Source of the DNA: Nitrosopumilus sp.
Lineage (GTDB): Archaea; Thermoproteota; Nitrososphaeria; Nitrososphaerales; Nitrosopumilaceae
Length of the DNA: 64,000 nucleotides
Direction: 5' to 3'
Assembly: GCA_963662625.1 (NCBI GenBank)
Contig: OY759726.1
Location: 1,600,001 to 1,664,000, forward strand
The notes beneath the pieces were generated by a model. That model was not told where the DNA came from and did not search any database. It was given only the letters and a program-made list of their open reading frames with translations. Shown piece after piece: positions 21,092 to 29,599 of the stretch (within the stretch, counting starts at the first letter, position 1; each line of letters opens with the position of its first letter). Position numbers and translations under genes: made by a program.

Positions 21092-22381
21092 TTACCTCGC
21101 GTGCCCCGGGTTGTACCTGAGCAGCGCCCCCACGTTCCCAAGGCTCGCCAGGTAGGACCCGTGCTCGGCCTTGCCCGAGACCACCTCGAGGCCGGCGCCG
21201 GTCTTGGCCGCGAGCAGCTCGAGATAGTCCACGATGTCCTGCTCCGAGGCGGCCACCTCCATCGCGCTGCAGCCCGGGCACGGGGAGCCTGCCAGCCGGG
21301 TCTTCCCGGGGATCACCTGCGCCCTCTCGAGGATCTCCTCCTGGACGTTGCCGCACCTGCCGCACCTGCCCTCGACCCTGTACATGCCGGTGTCGTCGGT
21401 GACCAGCACCGTCTTCGCCACGTTGTTCTTCAGCAGGCCGATCACGTCCGCCATGCCGTACGCCCCCAGCCCCGACTGCGTGTTGATCTCCCTGAACAGG
21501 TCGTCGACGAGCCTCTTCTCCTCGACCATCCTAAAGTCCGAGAGCACGTCGGCCGACTTTGCGAACGCCTCGCGTATCCCCTCCCGCCCCGCGTAGGACG
21601 AGTCGATGGTGGATATGATCATGTTCTGCAGGCGGTACTCGAGGTACCCGCCGTTGACGAACTCCTCCTTGGTGGGCCCGGGCCCCGAGACCACCAGGCC
21701 CTTGACTGGGTATATGTCGATAAAGTACTCCTTGGTGACCTCGGCCACCCTGTTGTAGTAGTAGCTCAGCTCCATCTCCCTCAGCTTCTGGAACCTCTTC
21801 GCGGACTGCCCCCCCTGCCGGTGCTTCCCGGCGACCCCGGAGCTGGTGTGGTCTATCTCCTCGATCTTGTCCCCGTGCAGCAGCCCCCACCCGGCGTCCT
21901 TGGCGTCGATCGCCAGGAACCCTATCAGGTTGTCGTCCTTGAGCATGTCCTTGAGTATGTCCACGTGGAAGTGGTCGTCGCACCTGTACAGGTACTGGTT
22001 CAGGTCCTTGGGCGGCTCGATCTCCCACACCCTCACCGTCTCGCTGCCCAGGGGCCCCCCGCCCTCCGGGGGCAGCGCGCCGCAGAACATCACCAGCCCC
22101 CTGTCGGGCGTCCTCTTGTACAGCTTCAGCCGCTGCAGGACCTTGCCCAGCGAGTCGACCACGTGCGTCCTGGTCAGGTCCGACTTTATGTTGTCCGCCG
22201 TCCCCTGCTCCTGCTGCAGGGTGCCGACTATCTCGTGGAGCTGCTTCCCCTTGGGGATGTACACCGTGATCAGCTCCGTCCCGCGGCCGGACTTTTGGGA
22301 CAGCTCGTCGAGCGTCTTCCTTATCCTGTACATCTTCACGGAATCCTGCTTCTCCACGCTGATCCTGCCCATCTGCGTCAT
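21092..22381 (-). CDS. prf1: Peptide chain release factor aRF1
   Basis: NIKS, YRCDDHF and GGQS motifs. Confidence 0.97.
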   Translation of the reverse strand: MTQMGRISVEKQDSVKMYRIRKTLDELSQKSGRGTELITVYIPKGKQLHEIVGTLQQEQGTADNIKSDLTRTHVVDSLGKVLQRLKLYKRTPDRGLVMFCGALPPEGGGPLGSETVRVWEIEPPKDLNQYLYRCDDHFHVDILKDMLKDDNLIGFLAIDAKDAGWGLLHGDKIEEIDHTSSGVAGKHRQGGQSAKRFQKLREMELSYYYNRVAEVTKEYFIDIYPVKGLVVSGPGPTKEEFVNGGYLEYRLQNMIISTIDSSYAGREGIREAFAKSADVLSDFRMVEEKRLVDDLFREINTQSGLGAYGMADVIGLLKNNVAKTVLVTDDTGMYRVEGRCGRCGNVQEEILERAQVIPGKTRLAGSPCPGCSAMEVAASEQDIVDYLELLAAKTGAGLEVVSGKAEHGSYLASLGNVGALLRYNPGHAR

Positions 22382-22487
22382 GTCGCCATTCTGCGCATAT
22401 TAAGTTTGGTCGGGGCCCGGCGCGCAAGTTCGGGCCCGCGCCGGTTTCGCGCCTGCCGCGTGCCATGACCCGGGCGCGCGCGGCAGC

Positions 22488-23096
22488 CTAGCCCGCCGCG
22501 ATGGTCCCGAGGGCGGCGTTCTTCGCGGACAGCTCGGCGACCAGCGGGTCGTCTGCCGACGCGACTATGACGACGTCCTCCTCCTCCGGGGATAGGCCGT
22601 CCGAGAGCAGCCCCTTGGTGGCGGCGTCCCCCCTGAGGCAGTCCCTGCCGTCCCCGGGGAACACGAACCTCCCGCCCCTGTACAGGAGGGTGGCGCAGCC
22701 GGCCGCGCCGTACATTATCGCGAGGTCCCTCTGCTCCAGCCCGGTCCTCACCGCCCTCCAGCGGCCCCTCAGGATCACCGCGTGGTTGTGACTCCCCCGG
22801 AAGAGGCCGCACCTCGGCACCGCGCACTCGGCCCCCACCGCCGCCTCGAACCACGCGAAGAAGCCGCTGCCCTTCCCGGTGAGGAACGTCCCCGACCTGG
22901 CGGTGCCCGCCATCCCGGCGCCCTTCATGTGGGACACGAGGGTCTTGACGGCGCCCCCGCCGAGGCGGAGCTCCGCGCCAAACGACGCGCGGCTGACGAA
23001 CCCGTCCCGCCGGAGCATCTGGAACGCCTTTAGCACGTGGGGCATGCCGAACGTCACCATCCTGCCGGATCCCCTCCTCGAGACGATCCCCTCCAT
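22488..23096 (-). CDS. Winged-HTH protein with C-terminal DUF4443-like domain, probable regulator
   Basis: SRASFGAELRLGGGAVKTLV HTH; GLEQRDLAI..GA.G. Confidence 0.7.
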   Translation of the reverse strand: MEGIVSRRGSGRMVTFGMPHVLKAFQMLRRDGFVSRASFGAELRLGGGAVKTLVSHMKGAGMAGTARSGTFLTGKGSGFFAWFEAAVGAECAVPRCGLFRGSHNHAVILRGRWRAVRTGLEQRDLAIMYGAAGCATLLYRGGRFVFPGDGRDCLRGDAATKGLLSDGLSPEEEDVVIVASADDPLVAELSAKNAALGTIAAG

Positions 23097-23146
23097 CTGC
23101 CTTACCTGCCTTTTCAGATCTCCCGATGGGCGCGTTCCTATATAAA

Positions 23147-23163
23147 TTGGATAATTTATCCAA
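23147..23163. promoter_or_regulatory. Perfect 8-1-8 palindrome between divergent TATA boxes
   Basis: TTGGATAA-T-TTATCCAA; TTTAAATA at 23167-23174 (+) and TTTATATAG at 23138-23146 (-). Confidence 0.65.
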
Positions 23164-23196
23164 CGGTTTAAATAGATTCGGGTGACCTAGTGCCGT

Positions 23197-23409
23197 ATGT
23201 TGCATTCGATTCAGGTAAGCGCGTTCAGGGGCGTGCCCGCAGTCGGGATCGCCATGCTTGCAGCCGTGTTCGTCCTGGGGCTGTTCGTGGCGGCGTTCGA
23301 CCAGGGGCACGTCCTCAGCCTGGTCTACGGCGAGCAGGCGTTCGACGACCGCGTCATCCACGAGTTCACCCACGACATGAGGCATGCCGCCGGATTCCCG
23401 TGCCACTAG
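23197..23409 (+). CDS. cbtB: Cobalt transporter subunit CbtB
   Basis: One TM helix plus HEFTHDMRHAAGFPCH C-terminus. Confidence 0.9.
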   Translation: MLHSIQVSAFRGVPAVGIAMLAAVFVLGLFVAAFDQGHVLSLVYGEQAFDDRVIHEFTHDMRHAAGFPCH

Positions 23410-23421
23410 GGGTGCCCCTCC

Positions 23422-24150
23422 GTGAGGACCGCGCTTTTTGTCGCCATAGTGCTGGCGTCCGGCGCGCTGGCCGGGCTGGTGCACGGCTCTGCGAACCTGC
23501 TCATAGTCGAGCCTTACCTTGACGACGCGATCGAGATGGAGGCGCGGGGCCTCATCGCGTCGGGCCTCGAGGAGGACACGCCGGTATTCTGGGCCGAGCA
23601 CGGCGAGTACAGGGCGTGGCAGAAGGGCGGCCAGGTGCTGGCAGGCGTGATCTTGGGCGTCTCGGCCGGCTCGCTGTTCGGGATCGTTTACGCGCTGTCG
23701 CGCGGCGCGTTGCCCGCGAGGGGCGACGTCAGGAAGGCGCTCATGCTGGCGGGGATGATGTGGGCCACCGTGTACCTGGTTCCCTTCCTGAAATACCCCG
23801 CCACCCTGCCCGGGGCCGGCGACGGCGAGACCGTGGTGCTGCGCTCGATCCTGTACCTGTCGCTCGTCGCGATGTCGGGCCTCGCGGCGGTCGGGGCGTA
23901 CAGGCTGTCCACTAGGCTCCGGGGCAGGCGCAAGCTGCTCGCCCTCGCATGCTACGCGGCGTTCGTCGCGGCGGCGTTTGCGGCCATGCCGGGAAACCCC
24001 GAAGGCGGATCCGGGTCCCCGGAGGCGCTGAACTGGTTTCGCGCGATGACCGTGGTGGGCGTCTCGTCGTTCTGGGCCGCGGTGGGGCTCGCCCTCGGGG
24101 CGCTGTGGCACAGGTACAGGCCCCACGACCACGTGGCGCCGTACGGCTGA
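23422..24150 (+). CDS. cbtA: Cobalt transporter subunit CbtA
   Basis: Multi-TM; EPYLDDAIEME and PFLKYPA motifs; directly follows cbtB. Confidence 0.85.
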   Translation: MRTALFVAIVLASGALAGLVHGSANLLIVEPYLDDAIEMEARGLIASGLEEDTPVFWAEHGEYRAWQKGGQVLAGVILGVSAGSLFGIVYALSRGALPARGDVRKALMLAGMMWATVYLVPFLKYPATLPGAGDGETVVLRSILYLSLVAMSGLAAVGAYRLSTRLRGRRKLLALACYAAFVAAAFAAMPGNPEGGSGSPEALNWFRAMTVVGVSSFWAAVGLALGALWHRYRPHDHVAPYG

Positions 24151-24184
24151 CGGCCGCGGCGGGGGAGGATCCCGCGGCCGGGCC

Positions 24185-24960
24185 TAGTAGATCAAAATGC
24201 GCCCCTGCGTGGTGCTAGCCAGCATGTCTTGACCCGATACGGGAACGTTTTGGACAGAAAAACCAATGGATCAGGCGCCCTGCCACCCATCATGTACCAC
24301 CAAAACGAATCTCTAGTCCGGAAAGCAGTTCGCCACTTGTCCGAGCATGCAAAGTCGGCAAGGGACAAGTGCGCCAGCCTGACCGTGCCCAGGAGAGGGG
24401 CGTGAGCCTGTCCGGGAGGGATCTCGCGAGGCGGGACATGCGCCAGGTCTTGGCCGGCGTCTGGCGCCCCCAGACCAACTGCAAGCTGGAGATGCTCCAC
24501 TGGGAGATCCGGCGCAAGCCGCACGGGTCCGGGGATATAACGATGAGGAATGGCAGCCGACAGACCCGTTCATGGAGTGGCACTACAACCAGCGGTCCCA
24601 CATGTCGCTGGGCTGGGAGGGGCAGGAGGCCCCCGCGCAGGCGTTCGCCAGGAAGATGCCCGAGCAGGGGAGACCGTCACAGACAGGCAGACGGGGAGGA
24701 ATATGATGCAGCATAAGTGGGGGTGGTCTGGCCGTTCCTTGCGGTCGACCCGGCCCCGGGATCCACGTACCGCATGGTGATCGGGCTGGCCCCACAGGAG
24801 TAGGGAACGCCGTGGGCATTTTCAGGGACGCGGCATCGCAGGAGACGGACGCCGCGGCGGCCGCGTGGCAGGCCGCGTTGCGCCGGCGCTGTCCGGCGCG
24901 CATTTCCGCCCCCGCCGGCCGCGGATTCGCACGTGGGACAAGGCTGCCGAACGCGCGGTA
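24185..24960 (+). mobile_element. Cluster of IS fragments (ISH3 left end, then IS481-like PQTNCKLE fragment)
   Basis: 24185-24310 matches the ISH3 left end at 7025; RPQTNCKLEMLHWEI and HYNQRSHMSL remnants. Confidence 0.6.
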
Positions 24961-25014
24961 GGCCTACGGCTTTACCGCATGCGCCCCCGGGCGTGCATCC
25001 GAGCGCCCGCGGGA

Positions 25015-25863
25015 TCACCTGGCGGGGCCGACCTTGCAGCTGCCGTCTGCGTTCCTCAGCCTCCTTGCCATGATGAGTGGGGTCGCGAGCAGCACCGGGA
25101 TCGAGACCGCTATGAAGAGCGTCTGCAGGTGGGCCAGCGCCACCGCCAGCGCGATCCCGCTGGCAGTGCCTATGAACAGCGACGAGAACGCCCCGGCACA
25201 GGTGGGGCACGCGATGAACAGACCCGTCACCGCGCCCACGGCGCCGAGGCCCCTCCCCTTCTTGGAGACCGAGTACGCGCTGACTGCGACGGCCGCGTTC
25301 AGCCCCACCAGGTACGCCACGACCAACTGCAGCACCAGGTTGATCGGGATGACCTGCAGTCCCACGTGTTCGGTCAGGTAGACTATGGCCTTCGGCATGT
25401 AACCCGGGTCGCCGCAGCACGGTGCGATGAAGCCGGAGGGGATCTCTGCCCCGTAGTGGATGGCAAAGTTCACCTCTGGCTGGTACACCAGGGTGCCGGA
25501 CGCCAGCGAGAAGACGACCCCGTACGCCACGAACGCGGCCGCAAAGACCCTGCGGGATCTCGGGTTCCACGTGGCCAGCGCCACGATCGACGCCAGGCCG
25601 CTCCCCCCGCGCCTGACCTTCTCGGCGTGGTACCTGTACCCGCCGTAGGCGATCGAGCCGAACGCGGCCAGCAGCGCGGCGTAGAACCCGTACGCGATCC
25701 TCTGGACGGAGTCGATCGCCCCGGGCGTGAGCAGTTCTGGATCCTGGTACCTGGAATAGATCAGGAACAGGACGGCGATGCTGGCAAAGCCTAGGACGAT
25801 CAGCGCTCTGCCGCCGTTCCGCGAACCTACAACGTGCCCAGTCACGGCATGCCTACGCTGCAC
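25015..25863 (-). CDS. Multi-pass membrane protein with CC and CPTC motifs
   Basis: Several TM segments; IAPCCG and IACPTCAG. Confidence 0.75.
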   Translation of the reverse strand: MQRRHAVTGHVVGSRNGGRALIVLGFASIAVLFLIYSRYQDPELLTPGAIDSVQRIAYGFYAALLAAFGSIAYGGYRYHAEKVRRGGSGLASIVALATWNPRSRRVFAAAFVAYGVVFSLASGTLVYQPEVNFAIHYGAEIPSGFIAPCCGDPGYMPKAIVYLTEHVGLQVIPINLVLQLVVAYLVGLNAAVAVSAYSVSKKGRGLGAVGAVTGLFIACPTCAGAFSSLFIGTASGIALAVALAHLQTLFIAVSIPVLLATPLIMARRLRNADGSCKVGPAR

Positions 25864-25879
25864 CGCGCATTAAACCCTG

Positions 25880-26160
25880 CCCATCCCGGCCTGGGCACGG
25901 GGATGTGGGTCGTGACGATGATCCCGGGCCTGCCGAATGCCACCTGGGGGCCAGGACGCCGCGGGGTGCGCAGCTGCCGCGACACCGTGTCCGTCACGCG
26001 GCCGCATGCCTCCTGACATGCCTTGTGGCCGTCAAGCGGGCCACGTCCAGGTTGGCCCAATCGGCGGTGCGCGAGGGCCCTCTGGGACTGCGCCGCTGGC
26101 CGGTTGCGGTTTGGGCTGCTTTCCGCCACTCGGAAGGTCGAGACCGCGCGACTCAAATAA
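25880..26160 (-). mobile_element. IS remnant homologous to 5890-6190
   Basis: GTTGCGGTTTGGGCTGCTTTCCGCCAC vs GTTGCGGTTTGGGTTGCTTTCTGCTAC; LGQPGRGPL vs LGQLGRDLL. Confidence 0.55.
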
Positions 26161-26205
26161 ATACCCCGCGCGCCACGTTTTTCCAATGGAAATCCATTTT
26201 GGGAC

Positions 26206-29049
26206 ATGCCGCAGCATGCCGCCAAGTCTGCGGTGAGGCGAATGCCATTTTACAGCACGTGCGCCATGTGCATGTTGGTGATTGCCGCGTGCACGGCCGG
26301 CGCCGGAATCATTGATGAGGCGCACGGCCAGAATGCCAACCCGTTTGTCACCAAGTGGAAGACGACCGCGGCCAACGAGTCCGTGACCCTCCCGATCACG
26401 GTCGCCAGCGGCAACTATGCGGTGGACTGGGGCGACGGCACCAGCACCAACGGTAGCACGCCCAACCCCGAACACGCGTACGCCACGGCCGGAACCTACA
26501 CCGTCACGGTAACCGGCAGCCTTTCCCAAATCAACCTGGGCGGCGATGGCGCCAACGCGGCCAAACTGGTCTCCGTAGACCAGTGGGGCGACTCCAGATG
26601 GACCACGATGGCGTCGGCCTTCAAGGGGGCGACCGGCCTGGAGCAGTACAACGCGACCGACCCGCCGGACCTGTCCGGGGTCACCGACATGTCCCGCATG
26701 TTCGAGGGCGCGTCAAAATTCAACGGCGACATATCCGGCTGGATCACCTCAGGAGTCACCGACATGTCCCGCACGTTCTCCGGCGCCGCCTCCTTCAACC
26801 AGGACATCTCCCCCTGGGACGTCTCGTCGGTCACCGACATGTCCGGCATGTTCTCCGCCACCCCGCGCTACTCACTATCCGGCGGCAGCACATACACTCC
26901 CACCGCCTTCAACCAGGACATCTCCTCCTGGGACGTCTCCGGAGTCACCAACATGCTGGCCATGTTCTACGGCGCCGCCGCCTTCAACCAGCCACTCTCC
27001 CCCTGGGACGTCTCCGGCGTCACCAACATGTCCGGCATGTTCTACGGCGCCGCCGCCTTCGACCAGCCCCTCGACTCCTGGGACGTGTCGTCCGCGAGGC
27101 TAATGTCCGGCATGTTCAACGGCGCCGCCGCCTTCGACCAGCCCCTCGACTCCTGGGACGTGTCGTCCGTGAGGGCCATGCCTTGGATGTTCGAAAACGC
27201 CGCCGCATTCGACCAGCCCCTCGACTCCTGGGACGTGTCGTCCGTAGTGAACACTGTAGCGATGTTCTACGGCGCCGCCGCCTTCAACCAGGACATCTCC
27301 TCCTGGGACGTGTCGTCCGTGACGGACATGTCCGGCATGTTCGACGCAGCGTCGTCCTTCAACCAGCCCCTCTCCTCCTGGGACGTCTCCTCCGTGGCGG
27401 ACATGCACTGGATGTTCGACGGCGCCGCCTCCTTCAACCAGCCCCTCGACTCCTGGGACGTCTCCAAGGTGACGGCCATGTACCGCATGTTCTACGGCGC
27501 CGCCTCCTTCGACCAGCCCCTCGACTCCTGGGACGTGTCGTCCGTCACCAACATGTCCGGCATGTTCCACGGCGCCGCCGCCTTCGACCAGGACATCTCT
27601 ACCTGGGACGTCTCCTCCGTGGCGGACATGCACCGCATGTTCCACGGCGCCGCCGCCTTCAACCAGGACATCTCAGCCTGGGACGTCTCCTCCGTGACGG
27701 ACATGTCCCGGATGTTCCACGGAGCCGCCTCCTTCAACCAGGACATCTCCCCCTGGGAAGTCTCCTCCGTGACGGACATGGCCTACATGTTCGAAGACGC
27801 CGCCTCCTTCGACCGGCCCCTCTCCCCCTGGGACGTCTCCAACGTGACGGACATGCACCGCATGTTCTCCGGCGCCGCCTCCTTCGACCGGCCCCTAGGC
27901 GCCTGGGACGTGTCGTCCGTCACCAACATGACGCACATGTTCGACGGCGCCGCCTCCTTCGACCGGCCCCTAGGCGCCTGGGACGTCTCGTCCGTCACCG
28001 ACACGTCCGGCATGTTCCGCGGCGCCTCCTCCTTCGACCGGCCCCTCGGCTCATGGGACGTCTCCGGGGTGGCTGCCATGTACAGCATGTTCGACGGCGC
28101 CGCCTCCTTCAGCCGGAACCTGGGGGACTGGTACGTGGTGCCGGCCGGTACCACGGTGAACAGCGGCAGCGTCATGGTCACCACCATAACGGCGCAGAAT
28201 GCCTTCCTTGACGGCCAGCACCCGGCGTACAGCGTCGCCCCGGGCGGGGACGGGGACCTGTTCGAGGCATGCGGCAACGTCCTGAGGTCCGCGTCCCCCG
28301 CGTACGCCAAGCCCTCCTACGGAATCACCATAGTGTCAGACGGCGGCTTTGCGCCACCCAACTCCAAGGACGTGACGGTTACCGTGGGTGGAGCCGCCAG
28401 CAACGCGGGCATGGCTACGGGAACCGTGTTCACGGACGCCAACGGCAACGGGATGCAGGACGCCGGCGAGCCCGGCGTCATGGGCTACACGATGTACGCC
28501 ATAGACCTGACGAACCCGCAGGTTATCCTGGAGGCGGTCACGTGTTCCGACGGCATGTACTTCTTTGACGGCCTCACGCCGTCCGAAACGACGCTGGTGC
28601 AGACCTCGTTCCTGCCGTTTGACACCACCACCGCCGGGCAGCCCTACGCGTACGTGCAGCCTGCCGCGGGAACGCCGGCGACGTTCGACGTCGGGTTCAG
28701 GCCCGTGGCGCCGTCGGATGCCGTCACGCTCAACGTCACCGCGTACGCCGACTCCAACGCCAACGGCGTGCGCGACGCGGGCGAGCCGACGATACCTGGC
28801 GTGACGGTAACCGTGTACACGTACACCACCGGCGAGATGGAATCCGTGGCCACCGGGCAGGGCGGCACGGCAAGCAATGCAGGCATCGCCCCGGCGGACT
28901 TCCTGGCGCAGGTGGTGGTGCCGCAGGGATACGCCATGGCCACGTCGCCCGTGGACCCGGAGTCCGGGGTGGCGGGCGCGCTCACAGTGATCGGCCCCCC
29001 GGCCGGCTCCAGCGTCTCCATGGTGGTGGGCCTGGTTCCTGCCCCATGA
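26206..29049 (+). CDS. PKD + DUF285 surface protein with two SdrD-B-like C-terminal domains
   Basis: Signal peptide (EAHG), PKD, ~19 repeats, GTVFTDANGNG, YADSNANGVRDAGE. Confidence 0.92.
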   Translation: MPQHAAKSAVRRMPFYSTCAMCMLVIAACTAGAGIIDEAHGQNANPFVTKWKTTAANESVTLPITVASGNYAVDWGDGTSTNGSTPNPEHAYATAGTYTVTVTGSLSQINLGGDGANAAKLVSVDQWGDSRWTTMASAFKGATGLEQYNATDPPDLSGVTDMSRMFEGASKFNGDISGWITSGVTDMSRTFSGAASFNQDISPWDVSSVTDMSGMFSATPRYSLSGGSTYTPTAFNQDISSWDVSGVTNMLAMFYGAAAFNQPLSPWDVSGVTNMSGMFYGAAAFDQPLDSWDVSSARLMSGMFNGAAAFDQPLDSWDVSSVRAMPWMFENAAAFDQPLDSWDVSSVVNTVAMFYGAAAFNQDISSWDVSSVTDMSGMFDAASSFNQPLSSWDVSSVADMHWMFDGAASFNQPLDSWDVSKVTAMYRMFYGAASFDQPLDSWDVSSVTNMSGMFHGAAAFDQDISTWDVSSVADMHRMFHGAAAFNQDISAWDVSSVTDMSRMFHGAASFNQDISPWEVSSVTDMAYMFEDAASFDRPLSPWDVSNVTDMHRMFSGAASFDRPLGAWDVSSVTNMTHMFDGAASFDRPLGAWDVSSVTDTSGMFRGASSFDRPLGSWDVSGVAAMYSMFDGAASFSRNLGDWYVVPAGTTVNSGSVMVTTITAQNAFLDGQHPAYSVAPGGDGDLFEACGNVLRSASPAYAKPSYGITIVSDGGFAPPNSKDVTVTVGGAASNAGMATGTVFTDANGNGMQDAGEPGVMGYTMYAIDLTNPQVILEAVTCSDGMYFFDGLTPSETTLVQTSFLPFDTTTAGQPYAYVQPAAGTPATFDVGFRPVAPSDAVTLNVTAYADSNANGVRDAGEPTIPGVTVTVYTYTTGEMESVATGQGGTASNAGIAPADFLAQVVVPQGYAMATSPVDPESGVAGALTVIGPPAGSSVSMVVGLVPAP

Positions 29050-29147
29050 CCGCGGACCTGGCCCGCATGCCCGGCGCATGAACGCGTTCCTCCCGCGCGC
29101 AGGCAGGCGCGCCACTCCGGTCCTGGGATGGCGGCGAGCGGCCCCGC
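28722..29147. repeat. 426-bp direct repeat, copy 1 (copy 2 at 32107-32532)
   Basis: Identical on inspection; covers the last ~108 codons, the stop and ~98 bp of 3' flank. Confidence 0.9.
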
Positions 29148-29545
29148 CCCGGCCTTCTTCAATATCCGGCATGCGGAGCAGTAGCTCATGTCATGGTCCC
29201 TCCTGAGGCGCCTCGTGGTGCGCACCACGCCTGCAGGGCGCCTCCCGTGGGCGCCGGTGACCAGCCGTATCGTGGCGGCGGTCATGCAGGCGCGCGGCCT
29301 GCCCGTCCCCGCCGCCGCCGTTCCGGCCTCCAGGAACCCCGCCCACGGCCCCCGCACGTGCCTGGCGGTGATTCCCAGATCCCGCGCCACTTGGGATGAC
29401 GGCACGCCCTTCTCTCGCTGCCTGACCAGGTACTTCCGGATCCCACAGCAAGTCTTCCTGTCATGGCCTTCCGTGATCGGTACAGCCTAAAATAGTCGGC
29501 TACCGTCCTCTTGATCCGGCGCGGACCGACTTTCCGTACAATTGA
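29148..29545 (-). mobile_element. IS481-family 5' fragment
   Basis: Near-identical to 16050-16452, including the end GGACCGACTTTCCGTACAATTGA. Confidence 0.8.
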
Positions 29546-29599
29546 TGTACCGTGGCCCGGCCAATATGCTTAATACATCCAGCACTCCACTATGGTACT

